DNA from: an uncultured Candidatus Saccharibacteria bacterium
Lineage (GTDB): Bacteria > Patescibacteriota > Minisyncoccia > Phycocordibacterales > DSPV01
Assembly (NCBI GenBank): GCA_964617735.1
Contig: CAZTXT010000002.1
Coordinates: 12,536-76,535, forward strand
Direction: 5' to 3'
Length of the DNA: 64,000 nt
Each line of letters begins with the position of its first letter. Positions within the stretch are counted from its first letter, which is position 1. This document shows, one piece after another, positions 48,189 through 57,350 of the stretch. The notes below the pieces were generated by a model, which did no database searches, had not been told where the DNA came from, and saw only the letters and a list, made by a program, of their open reading frames with translations. Made by a program: the position numbers and the translations under genes.

Positions 48189-49016
48189 TCATTCGGTCTC
48201 ATCGACGATCTTGAAATCATCGATATCGTCAGTTTCTTTTTTCCTGTTGCTCAACCAGAAAGCGGCGAGTGCGAGGGCAATAAGGATAGCGAGAAGCACA
48301 TACCACCGAAGCGGCGAATCTCCTTCGCGAGAAACGGGGACCGGAGATGTGTCGGTCGCACCAGCAAAAGCAACCGCCGTCGGTCCGTCCGGTTTCTGAT
48401 CAATAGAAGATATAGGAGACTTGGCGGATCGTGCGGTCTGAGTGGTCGCGGCTGATTTTGGGGATGATACGACCGCATGAGACGGCGCCGTCTCGACTTT
48501 CACCGGCGGCGGTAGATAAACGTTCGCTTTCCCCGGGGTCGGAGCGCTCGCTATCCATGATCCAGAAATCAATTGAAGAGAATTCCCATCGCCGCCGGCG
48601 CCCCAGACCGGTTTATAATTCACTTCACTCACCACCACCCCCTTCCCGTCTTTTAATGCCAACGTCTCACCGGAAGTATTATTGAGGGAAAAAGAACTAT
48701 CGAAGAGAGTGCCTGCAAAACCAGGGAAATCCAAGAGAAACGCGCTCGGATTGCTCGCAAGCACTGCGAACCCTCCGGGCTGCAGGTATGTATTGCCTTG
48801 CACGATCAGAAGCTTATGATTCGCATTCCCCTCAAAGAATCTCCAACCCGAAATATCGATGCTTGCCTCACCGATGTTTTGCGCTTCTACCCACTCGCGG
48901 CCGTCATCACTGCCAGCGGGATTGTACATGATCTCGCTGACGATCACCTGGCCGAACGCCATTAAAGGCACGAGGGCAAGAGGAGCAACGAGGGCAAGGC
49001 TAGTTTTTCTCCCCAT
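48189..49016 (-). CDS. secreted/membrane-anchored lamin-tail-domain (LTD) protein
   Basis: Signal peptide MGRKTSLALVAPLALVPLMAFG, an LTD-like VIVSEIMYNPAGSDDGREWVEAQNIGEASIDISGWRF block, a Ser/Thr/Pro-rich linker and a C-terminal TM anchor. Confidence 0.55.
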   Translation of the reverse strand: MGRKTSLALVAPLALVPLMAFGQVIVSEIMYNPAGSDDGREWVEAQNIGEASIDISGWRFFEGNANHKLLIVQGNTYLQPGGFAVLASNPSAFLLDFPGFAGTLFDSSFSLNNTSGETLALKDGKGVVVSEVNYKPVWGAGGDGNSLQLISGSWIASAPTPGKANVYLPPPVKVETAPSHAVVSSPKSAATTQTARSAKSPISSIDQKPDGPTAVAFAGATDTSPVPVSREGDSPLRWYVLLAILIALALAAFWLSNRKKETDDIDDFKIVDETE

Positions 49017-50757
49017 GTAATATCTTCTTCAAGACTTCCTCGGGAACTTCTTTCTTAGCCGACAGGTGTTTGTCTTGATTATCGGTGGTTACTTCCTTTT
49101 TCGGCTCTTGCACTTTTGGCGTTTCAGGAACCTTCGGTTTCTCTTCTGAAGACTTGGCATGTTCCTTAAGCGCTTCCTCAAGGGCCTTGCGGAGTGCACC
49201 TCCTCCCCCAGCCGATTGCTTATTTTCCGAAGGTTTATTATCTCTCCTACGGTCTTGCTTTAAATAGTTGAGTGAGATCGCGCGCTGGAGATCAGCTTCC
49301 TTCTCTCGACGGTCCGAACCGCTGGATTGCGATGTCGGGGCAGTCCGCCGTTCGCCTGCCCCCTGGCGTACTACAGGGGGGCGGCTCGGTCGCTCCTGGG
49401 GACGTGATGTACGTATCGGCGCCTGCTGATCCATGGAGGGAATAGTACGCTCAGCATGCCATTCCCGAATGCCGCCCTCAACGATGTCGCGCGGACGCGC
49501 GAACGCGGAGCGCGAGAGCGAGAGGATCGCCTCGCGGTACGAGACGGAGCTGGCAGCGATCGGCGGCAGGGTCGTCGCCGAAAACGGCGGCGAGGTGACC
49601 CCGTCGATCATGAGCTTCAGATAGATCTGCGCGAAACCGAGATTGACCATATCTTGCGCGGAGAACTGAGGAGCGAATTCTTTCTCGAGGACTTCGGCAT
49701 CATAGGCGCCCACACGGAAACACACCATCGTGCCAACGTTGCCGAACACCGCGGCTCTGACTTCATCCGACATCTGCTCGATATATTGGTGCGCGACGGT
49801 GAGATTCAACTTATACTTGCGCGCTTCCGAGAGGATGTCAGCGAACGATTCGTTCGCAAATGATTGGAATTCATCGACATAGAGATAAAAATTCGGGAGA
49901 ACTCTCAGTTCCCGCTCCGACGTATCGGCGCGTGATATCGCGCCCAGATACACTTTGGTGATGAGCATGCTGCCCAAAAGATTCGCGTTAGCCTCGCCCA
50001 CTTTCCCTTTTGAAAGGTTGAGAATAAGCACCTTGCGCTCATCCATCATTTTGCGCAGATCGAATGTTGATTTCGGCTGACCGATGATATTGCGAATCAA
50101 CGGGTTGGAAATGAATTGCCCGATCTTGTTTTGTATAGCGGCACCGGCCTCTTGCATGTATCGATCGCCATAGCGGGCGAATTCGTCGGTCCAGAATGCT
50201 TTGACCGATACGTCGCTGATATTATCGACAACCCGCTTGCGAAACTCCTTGTCCGCAAGCATACGGTTAACACCCAGGAGCGTCGAGTCGGGATATTCAA
50301 GGAGCGCCAACAGGATATTGTTGAGGATATATTCCATGCGGGCCGACCATGCATCCACCCAGATCTTCTTGAATGCAGACATCAGTCCGTTCGAGACGAG
50401 GTGCCGTTTGTCGGGCCCAACATCCTCCATGACGTTGAATGAGACCGGATAATCAGTATCGAACGGCGCGAAATAAAGAACGTCGCGGACGCGATCGGCC
50501 GGCACATAGTCGAGGAGAAGTTCGGCGGTTTTCCCATGCGGGTCGATGAATGCCAAACCATTGCCATTGCGGATATCCTGAATGGCCATGTTTTCGAGCA
50601 TGGTCGACTTTCCCATGCCGGTCTTTCCGATAACATACACATGCCGCGACCGATCCTTCGTTTTTATCCCAAACGGGACTTTCTTGTTGCGCGAATCGGT
50701 TTGTGCAAAATACGTTATCTGATTCTCATTCTCAAGATTGATTTCCTTTTGCGGCAT
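49000..50757 (-). CDS. soluble P-loop ATPase of the TraD/VirD4 type-IV-coupling-protein / DUF87 class with a disordered charged C-terminal tail
   Basis: Walker A VIGKTGMGKST and Walker B LYVDEFQ. The C-terminal 130 aa or so are low-complexity and rich in R, E, K and P. There is no N-terminal TM segment. Confidence 0.5.
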   Translation of the reverse strand: MPQKEINLENENQITYFAQTDSRNKKVPFGIKTKDRSRHVYVIGKTGMGKSTMLENMAIQDIRNGNGLAFIDPHGKTAELLLDYVPADRVRDVLYFAPFDTDYPVSFNVMEDVGPDKRHLVSNGLMSAFKKIWVDAWSARMEYILNNILLALLEYPDSTLLGVNRMLADKEFRKRVVDNISDVSVKAFWTDEFARYGDRYMQEAGAAIQNKIGQFISNPLIRNIIGQPKSTFDLRKMMDERKVLILNLSKGKVGEANANLLGSMLITKVYLGAISRADTSERELRVLPNFYLYVDEFQSFANESFADILSEARKYKLNLTVAHQYIEQMSDEVRAAVFGNVGTMVCFRVGAYDAEVLEKEFAPQFSAQDMVNLGFAQIYLKLMIDGVTSPPFSATTLPPIAASSVSYREAILSLSRSAFARPRDIVEGGIREWHAERTIPSMDQQAPIRTSRPQERPSRPPVVRQGAGERRTAPTSQSSGSDRREKEADLQRAISLNYLKQDRRRDNKPSENKQSAGGGGALRKALEEALKEHAKSSEEKPKVPETPKVQEPKKEVTTDNQDKHLSAKKEVPEEVLKKILHGEKN

Positions 50758-50790
50758 AAAGCTATCAAAGCACCGTACACCTAACTATAG

Positions 50791-50828
50791 CAAAAAAGCC
50801 CCCGGAGGACGAACATCCCTCCGAAGGC
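50791..50828 (-). terminator. probable rho-independent terminator after the minus-strand gene ending at 50843
   Basis: A cggagg/cctccg stem with flanking gcc/ggc, followed on the minus strand by TTTTTTG (plus-strand caaaaaag). Confidence 0.45.
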
Positions 50829-50842
50829 ATGAACCAACACGA

Positions 50843-51124
50843 TTATTGCTGAAGCTGTGACAAAGGCTTATTCTCGATGTCTATGAGAAGACTCGAAACC
50901 TGCTCATTCCATTTGTCCCTTGGCGTCTCCTGACCCACAAAGACATTCCCGTTCTCGTTGGGCACTTCTCCGTCCTTAAGCCACGGCCATTTCTCGCGGA
51001 GCCTCCGCCGACCAGCCGGCGGAATATCGCTTGCACATTTGACTGCGGCCATATGGAAACGAGGTGTCTGTTGAGCTTCAGCGTTCTTCGACTGAACCGT
51101 TTTTTCGTTATTGGTGGATAACAT
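50843..51124 (-). CDS. hypothetical small protein
   Basis: 93-aa ORF followed by a terminator. No recognisable domain. Confidence 0.35.
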   Translation of the reverse strand: MLSTNNEKTVQSKNAEAQQTPRFHMAAVKCASDIPPAGRRRLREKWPWLKDGEVPNENGNVFVGQETPRDKWNEQVSSLLIDIENKPLSQLQQ

Positions 51125-51316
51125 AACTCACTGACTGTTTTGTTTTTGTTGGTTTGAGAAAAACAGGACTCCAATACAAAACGATATTGCAAAGAGCCCG
51201 CTCTCAATCGTACACCTCTGTTCTAGGGGTTACAATCCGTCTAGATTTAAGAAACAGATAAAGCATTCTGTCAAATATTGGACGCGAATCCCTCGAAAGT
51301 CAGACCCCCAAGAGCC

Positions 51317-52486
51317 CTATTCACTCGAAAGCGCTTCACGCGTATATCGGTTTGCCGCGTTCCACAAAAGCCACGAGCCTAATCCGCTCTCATGCACCGC
51401 GCGCATCTGCGCTTGGATCATCTCTGGTGTATAGATTGCACCAAGATTGAAATCCTGGAGCCATGGTCGCAGCTTCCACGGTGTCGTACTGGCGCGGGCA
51501 ACAGCACTTTCCATGGAGAACTTCACGACTTCGTAGGGTTTCGAGGCCGGATTCTCATAGCCTAAGAACCCTGGCGGGTAGTGGGAAGGATAGACCATAG
51601 GGGCAACATAGTCGAAGTGCGGCAGTATATTTTCGAGGACCTGTCCGATGTTGAGATCGTCGGTGTTGGTTGTGGTCATACCGAAAACATCAGCCGATAT
51701 CGTAATACCTTCTCCTCTAAGCTCCCGATCGAGGTATGAGAAAAATTCGGTGAGCACTTCCGCTTTTCCTCCGTGAGGATCAGCATCAATGATCGATTCG
51801 CTGAAGGGAAAATAGATATCTTGCATATTCCCATCCGAGGGGAACCGAATGTAGTCGAAATTTATCTCGTCGAAACCGATCTGGTGAGCTTCCCGTGCAA
51901 GCACAACGATGTAATCCCACATTTCCTTCGCGCCAGGGTCGATATAGCTGATGCCTTTCCGATCGGTCCACAGCTTTTCTTTGTTACTTTGATATTTGAT
52001 CGCGAGTTCAGGATGCAGAGCCGTCATCGTCGGGTCCTGGAAGACCGTGATACGCCCGATCACGTATATTCCCTGCTTATGGAGGGTTGCGATGAATTCC
52101 TTCATATCAGCCGCATGGCAGTGCTTTGAGAGCACGCCAGCGAGCACAGGATTTTTGGATTCGAACGATACGCCTCCACTGTAGTCTTTGATGTCGATGA
52201 CTATCGAATTAATTTCGGTTTCATTCACCAATTTGACCAACTGTGAACGGAGGTCCTCGTTTGCAGCAAGGCATTGGGACATATAGAGTCCTTTGACAGG
52301 GATAGGAGTCGAAACATGCGCCACTGGCGGCTCTACGGGCGGCATGGGCGCGGCTGCTTCAAGCGAGGCGCTATAGCGTATCGGTGGAGCAACCGGAAAG
52401 AGCGCGTAGGCTAGTATGAAGAGCACCACGACCATCGCGCCCGCGATGAGAAGGAAGACATCTCTGGTGCGGAAGAGGCGCGGCAT
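51317..52486 (-). CDS. membrane-anchored putative glycoside-hydrolase-like TIM-barrel protein (GHL10/DUF4015 family)
   Basis: An N-terminal TM anchor, then blocks typical of DUF4015 (IDIKDYSGGVSF..., GFDEINFDYIRFP, LWNAANRYT). The start was set at MPRLF (52486); the track start is 52552. Confidence 0.55.
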   Translation of the reverse strand: MPRLFRTRDVFLLIAGAMVVVLFILAYALFPVAPPIRYSASLEAAAPMPPVEPPVAHVSTPIPVKGLYMSQCLAANEDLRSQLVKLVNETEINSIVIDIKDYSGGVSFESKNPVLAGVLSKHCHAADMKEFIATLHKQGIYVIGRITVFQDPTMTALHPELAIKYQSNKEKLWTDRKGISYIDPGAKEMWDYIVVLAREAHQIGFDEINFDYIRFPSDGNMQDIYFPFSESIIDADPHGGKAEVLTEFFSYLDRELRGEGITISADVFGMTTTNTDDLNIGQVLENILPHFDYVAPMVYPSHYPPGFLGYENPASKPYEVVKFSMESAVARASTTPWKLRPWLQDFNLGAIYTPEMIQAQMRAVHESGLGSWLLWNAANRYTREALSSE

Positions 52487-52487
52487 A

Positions 52488-52754
52488 CTACATACGATTT
52501 TTCCTCTCGATTGAGGGTTGCGGCGAAGAAGCCTTCGTCGGCTGCGCACCATTTTCAGTGAACGTGTCGGCTTCGCGAGGATACTGCCGCGCGAGCTTGA
52601 GGATAGTTTCCCGACCGAGATAGTAAAGATAGACGAGGATCAAAAGCACACCTGTCGCGACGTAGAGTCTGATCTTCCAGATTGACGGCATACCCAGCAA
52701 ACTCACGGCGACAAGCCAAATGCCGAATCCCAGTACCGTGTGCGGTCTTAACAT
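52488..52754 (-). CDS. small membrane protein (two TM segments)
   Basis: The internal start MLRPHTVLGFGIWLVAVSLL... gives an 88-aa protein with two hydrophobic helices. Confidence 0.35.
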   Translation of the reverse strand: MLRPHTVLGFGIWLVAVSLLGMPSIWKIRLYVATGVLLILVYLYYLGRETILKLARQYPREADTFTENGAQPTKASSPQPSIERKNRM

Positions 52755-52847
52755 GCGGACATTATACCAAGCGCAGGGGCAATTCAAAGGAGGAGCATTG
52801 CACAACTATGATAAGATAGGTCTGGACAACTCTTCGAAAGGATACGT

Positions 52848-53288
52848 ATGAATAACCAAATCACTGCCGTCGATATCGAAGTATTCCAGCGCGGCGAAAT
52901 GATCCTCAAGCCACCGGTCGGGGCTGAATCGCAAGAAATTCTGCGCGGAAGGATCCGAAAGGTATCGTGCAAAGAGATTTCATTGCTCCAGGAAGGAGAA
53001 GCCGAGCTAAAGTGCATCCAGACGATCAGTATTCTATTCGGCTGGATTGTAGAAGAAAGAACTGTTCAAAAAAATCCTACGGAGAAAAAGATCCGTAGGA
53101 AATTGAAATGTTTCGGCTATCTGCTCGAAAATCTCGATGTCGATATCGCTTCGATAATCCGCACAAGATCCTATCTTAAATTCCAGACTATCGCAGGCGA
53201 GACTGGCATATGGCTCAGCAAAGACCACGTTGACACGCTCAAACGGGAAACGCTTAAAAGACTCTTAAAAGAGCACCGTGAGAGTTAA
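52848..53288 (+). CDS. hypothetical protein
   Basis: 146-aa ORF followed directly by a strong terminator. No recognisable domain. Confidence 0.4.
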   Translation: MNNQITAVDIEVFQRGEMILKPPVGAESQEILRGRIRKVSCKEISLLQEGEAELKCIQTISILFGWIVEERTVQKNPTEKKIRRKLKCFGYLLENLDVDIASIIRTRSYLKFQTIAGETGIWLSKDHVDTLKRETLKRLLKEHRES

Positions 53289-53325
53289 GAGCCGCTGCAG
53301 TACTGCAGCGGCTCCTTTTATTTAT
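53289..53325. terminator. bidirectional rho-independent terminator (perfect 12-bp palindrome)
   Basis: gagccgctgcagtactgcagcggctc followed by cttttatttat. It lies between the convergent genes ending at 53288 (+) and 53322 (-). Confidence 0.75.
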
Positions 53326-53999
53326 AAAGGAGCAACCAGCACCACAAACTCCCCTCTCATCTCGTCTCCATGTTCGGTAAAGTGTGCGTGTACATGCGGC
53401 GCAGTCCCTGAAACCACCTGTTCGAACATTTTCGTAATCTCCCGCGCGACGACAACGCGATGGTTCTGTCCCAAAAGTTCTGAGAGACGTTGTAGTGTTT
53501 TCATGATACGGTGCGGGGACTCATAAAATACGACAGTACGTTTCGATGCGGCGATCTCGGAAAACAATTTCTCTTTTCCTTTTTTATGCGGCAAAAAACC
53601 CAGAAAAAGAAAATCAGAAGCTGGTAGGCCAGAGATCGAGAGCGCCGCAACTGCGGCGTTAGCGCCGGGCACCGCAACGATCGGCATATCAGGGAACTTT
53701 TCGCGGACCGCGGCAACAAGCTGCGACCCCGGATCGGATATTCCCGGAGTTCCCGCGTCAGAGACGAGGGCGACGCTCTTCCCTACCTCAAGGATTTTCA
53801 CTATCGCGTTTATCTTCGGCGCACCGCTTTTCGCATGGAACGAGAGTAGGGGTTTTTCGATGTTATAGCGCTGCAAGAGTTTGAGCGTCTCGCGGGTATC
53901 TTCGCAGACGATGAGATCGACAGACGAGAATACGCTTAGCGCACGCAACGTGATATCTTCCAGATTCCCTATCGGCGTGGCGACAACATAGAAATTCAT
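53322..53999 (-). CDS. rsmI: 16S rRNA (cytidine1402-2'-O)-methyltransferase RsmI
   Basis: FYVVATPIGNLEDITLRALSVFSSVDLIVCEDTRET is the canonical RsmI/tetrapyrrole-methylase N-terminus. The start was set at MNFYVV (53999); the track start is 54023. Confidence 0.85.
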   Translation of the reverse strand: MNFYVVATPIGNLEDITLRALSVFSSVDLIVCEDTRETLKLLQRYNIEKPLLSFHAKSGAPKINAIVKILEVGKSVALVSDAGTPGISDPGSQLVAAVREKFPDMPIVAVPGANAAVAALSISGLPASDFLFLGFLPHKKGKEKLFSEIAASKRTVVFYESPHRIMKTLQRLSELLGQNHRVVVAREITKMFEQVVSGTAPHVHAHFTEHGDEMRGEFVVLVAPL

Positions 54000-54003
54000 G
54001 GAT

Positions 54004-55302
54004 TTATTTTTTACGAACAACAAGCTTCTCGGCTAAATGGTAGATATCACCGGCACCCATCGTAACGAGCACATCATTATTTTGCAAAGAAGATCGCAGA
54101 GACGTCTCCAGGTTTTTGAGGTTCGGAGCGTACCGCACCGAGCCTTTCGGCAGATGCTGTTTGATCGCGGCGGCGAGCTTTTTCCCTGAAATGGACGGAT
54201 CGCGCTTCTCCCGTGCGGCGAAAATGGGTGTGATGACGATTTCGTCGGCTCCAGCGAAGGATTCCGAGAATTCCTTCAGGAGTGTTTTGGTGCGCGAATA
54301 GAGATGGGGTTGAAAGACAACGACGAGCCGAGCCCGAGGATGCTTCTCGCGGAATCCTGCGATTGCCGCACGCACCTTCTCCGGATTATGTGCATAATCG
54401 TCATAGACAAGCGCTCCGTTTTTGGTCTTTCCTTTGAAGTCGAACCGACGCCATGTGCCGGAGAAATTCTTAAGAGACCTCTGTGCCGACCGCGGCACAA
54501 TACCCGCGACATGAGCGGCCGCGGCGGCCGCGGCCGCGTTCTCACGGTTATGCTTGCCCGGTAATTTCAACGCAAGGTTCGTATCAAGAAAATCCGTGTA
54601 ATCGATAGTCTTTGCGGACAGTGCTCCCAATGAGCTGCGAACCTTTGTTGACGTTATCACATAACCGTTTTTAGGCGCCTTCGCCGCGAGCTCGGCGAAT
54701 GCCGATTCGATATCGGCCAAATCCTGATAATAGTCGAGGTGATCGAGGCCGATGTTCGTAATGATAAGAATGGTCGGCTCAAGATGAAGGAACGCGCGGC
54801 GGTAATCGTCCGCTTCAACAATAAGATAGTCGCTGGTGCCGGCGATAAAATTCTTCTTTGAACCTTTGAAGAGGCTACCGACAATGACGGTGGGTTTAAG
54901 ACCTGCATCAATGAAGATCTTTGCGACCATCGCGGTCGTGGTCGTTTTGCCATGCGTGCCCGCGATAGCGATCGTATGCTTATCTTTAGACAAAAGTCCC
55001 AATGCTTCAGGATAAGAGAAGACCGGTATCCCCTTTCTTCGAACCTCTTCGATGAATTCGGGTTTGAATTCCGATATCGCAACCGAATAAATGACCGCAT
55101 CGGCATCCTTCGGAATACTGAAGATCTTCTGGCCGATAGTCACCGCTATTCCATGGGCCTTGAGCTCATCGGTGACTGGCGAGCTGCTGGTGTCCTGTCC
55201 ACTGACGTTCCTTCCTTCATGCTTGAACCAATACGCAAGCGCGGAAACGCCGATGCCTCCGATGCCGAGAAAATGAATATGTTTCGCCTGACGCAGATGC
55301 AT
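54004..55302 (-). CDS. murC: UDP-N-acetylmuramate--L-alanine ligase MurC
   Basis: HIHFLGIGGIGVSALAYWF... and GTHGKTTTTAMV P-loop, 432 aa. Confidence 0.93.
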   Translation of the reverse strand: MHLRQAKHIHFLGIGGIGVSALAYWFKHEGRNVSGQDTSSSPVTDELKAHGIAVTIGQKIFSIPKDADAVIYSVAISEFKPEFIEEVRRKGIPVFSYPEALGLLSKDKHTIAIAGTHGKTTTTAMVAKIFIDAGLKPTVIVGSLFKGSKKNFIAGTSDYLIVEADDYRRAFLHLEPTILIITNIGLDHLDYYQDLADIESAFAELAAKAPKNGYVITSTKVRSSLGALSAKTIDYTDFLDTNLALKLPGKHNRENAAAAAAAAHVAGIVPRSAQRSLKNFSGTWRRFDFKGKTKNGALVYDDYAHNPEKVRAAIAGFREKHPRARLVVVFQPHLYSRTKTLLKEFSESFAGADEIVITPIFAAREKRDPSISGKKLAAAIKQHLPKGSVRYAPNLKNLETSLRSSLQNNDVLVTMGAGDIYHLAEKLVVRKK

Positions 55303-55403
55303 ACAGGCATCCTATCAAAAGCACAACAACTTGACAATATATATTTTCTATGACAACATCTCCAGTTAGACAACCTGAAACTCAATAAAGAAAGGATAGT
55401 TCT

Positions 55404-56330
55404 ATGATAAATAATGTTCTGGAAACAGGAGTTGCCCCAACGCGGATTTTTCATCCGTTCGGTGATGTGGAGGTGCGCCTCTTCGGACGTAATGGCGGGG
55501 AAACTGATTGGAGTATCAGAAACCTGAACAACGAAAGTCACCGTAACCCGAGCGGTAAAGGTGTCGCCGAGTTCTACAAGCTTCAATACATGGCTGCCGC
55601 CGCAAAGAGGTGTGTGGTGTATGCACCATACCCGGCATTCAATGCCGTCATATGCGACAGCAAGAACCTAAAAACGGAATTTGCTTCTAACGATGATTCG
55701 ATGGTTGAAGCAGATTTCCCCGATAACTGGTCCTGGGTTCTCTTTCGTGGGGCCAAGGCCGACGGCTGTGAAATACCCATGATAGGAGCTTTCTTCCTAG
55801 CCTCCGCCGACTGCCTCACCATTGTCGCGTTGAGTCCAATCGGCAATTTGATCTGTGCACATGCAGGCGGGCGGTCGCTCTACGACGAACAACTCGTGCT
55901 TACTGGCAAACCATCTCGGGAGCACGAAAGTGTGGTAGATGCAATTGCCAGGAAACTTGGGAAAGAGATGCCCCATAACGAGTTCTTCATCACCGGTGGC
56001 ATCTGCGGCCATCATTTCCAACATAGTTGGAATGACCGTCAATGTGGTGAGAAGAATAAGAAAATAACGGAGTATCTCATCAAGCGATGGGGCCGCCAGT
56101 GCGTCTGGGAGCGACCAGAGAGCGGCTTCTGGTCACTTAAGGACATCATTGCCACCCAGCTCTCCAAACACCATGTCGGACGCTCGCAGATAGCCTGCGA
56201 CGACATTTGCACCTACAGCGACCGAGACAAAAGTGGCGACCACATGTGGTGGTCGAACAGACGGGCAATGGACGAGAAAGACGGCACTGAATTGTGCCGC
56301 AATGGCGTCCTGGTGTTTCGCAAAAAATAG
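55404..56330 (+). CDS. divergent PgeF/YfiH (DUF152, laccase-domain) family protein with an N-terminal extension
   Basis: ASADCLT (the ADC-P-type motif), CAHAGGRS (the HAGWRG-type motif) and a C-terminal CTYSDRDKSGDHMWWSNRR (CTxC...FxSxRR-type). Together these match the family's His/Cys/His catalytic-triad blocks. The first 110 aa or so are extra. Confidence 0.5.
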   Translation: MINNVLETGVAPTRIFHPFGDVEVRLFGRNGGETDWSIRNLNNESHRNPSGKGVAEFYKLQYMAAAAKRCVVYAPYPAFNAVICDSKNLKTEFASNDDSMVEADFPDNWSWVLFRGAKADGCEIPMIGAFFLASADCLTIVALSPIGNLICAHAGGRSLYDEQLVLTGKPSREHESVVDAIARKLGKEMPHNEFFITGGICGHHFQHSWNDRQCGEKNKKITEYLIKRWGRQCVWERPESGFWSLKDIIATQLSKHHVGRSQIACDDICTYSDRDKSGDHMWWSNRRAMDEKDGTELCRNGVLVFRKK

Positions 56331-56392
56331 TTCCTTCAGATGCAAAAAGCCCCGATTCGCGTACGCGAATCGGGGCTGATTTTTATAAAGAA

Positions 56393-57049
56393 CTAAACCC
56401 TTTCAGTCTCCAACAACTGGCACTCCTCCCAGAGCTGCTTGGCGAGGTTGTCGAGCCAGCGAGAGAGTTGGAGCGCCGGCGCCTCAGGACCGCAAACATC
56501 GAAGGTGTAGTCTTCTTTACCCGCTTCTTTGACTGCCCTTCGGACAGCCATCAGCTGGTTCTCGCAAAACGGCTGCGATGAAACCACGAGGTAACGCCTA
56601 GGTATTGCAACTTCAAGCCAGGCCTTCACTGTCTCCGCTGTGTTCGCCGGACGAATTTTCTCGCCGACCTTAACCGAAGCGGCGCAGATCGAGAACATTC
56701 TCCAGTGTTCAACATCCATCCAGCAAAGGGCTTGGGCCATCATATCAATCTCGTCTTTAGGCCAGAGACCTTGCTGCTGATATTTTTTCCAATCCCTGTC
56801 TGAGCGCGTACTGAAGACCGCACCCGTTTCTTCAAGAATGGCTGGGACATGCTCTGGCATTTCCTGTTCAGGATTGAGCGGCCGATTGCTCCCGAGCAAA
56901 TACACGGCTTGCGGAATCGAACCCTTTCGAAACCTCTTTTGAGGATCAAGCTCTTGATCGATCAGAAACTTCACACGACGCACAACCGCCTTGAGCGTCG
57001 CACCGAGCAACAGTGTGCCATTGTACTTCTTGCTGAAGTCTATCGGCAT
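56393..57049 (-). CDS. DUF218 (YdcF/ElyC/SanA-like) domain protein
   Basis: YLVVSSQPFCENQLMAVRRA resembles the DUF218 conserved block. The assignment is weak. Confidence 0.35.
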   Translation of the reverse strand: MPIDFSKKYNGTLLLGATLKAVVRRVKFLIDQELDPQKRFRKGSIPQAVYLLGSNRPLNPEQEMPEHVPAILEETGAVFSTRSDRDWKKYQQQGLWPKDEIDMMAQALCWMDVEHWRMFSICAASVKVGEKIRPANTAETVKAWLEVAIPRRYLVVSSQPFCENQLMAVRRAVKEAGKEDYTFDVCGPEAPALQLSRWLDNLAKQLWEECQLLETERV

Positions 57050-57350
57050 CGCCGCCGCACCAAGCGGCCTGAGTAGGGCTATCTCCTCGTTGGTCGGGAA
57101 CCGCCCACCAAGCTGGGCGCGAAATGTTCCCTCTTTCGCCTTGACCCACTTCTCCTGAAGAAGAGTGTTGAGTCCTAACGGACTGATATCATCGGATGAT
57201 ATTAAGCCCTTGCAATCTTACCAACTGCACAAGCGTGGGATTCACCACGCCATTGTTAATGAGCATAATCTTCCTTTCATTCTCGGAATTTCGGAAACAA
57301 AAACCGCATACCTTCAGGCATGCGATTACTGAGGGCAGGATAGCACAAGA

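Noticed and set aside
50881-51207. 108-aa minus-strand ORF overlapping the 93-aa ORF 50843-51124 in another frame
   Set aside because: Its Arg/Ser-rich, low-complexity translation is less protein-like than the 93-aa frame, so only the latter was kept, at low confidence.
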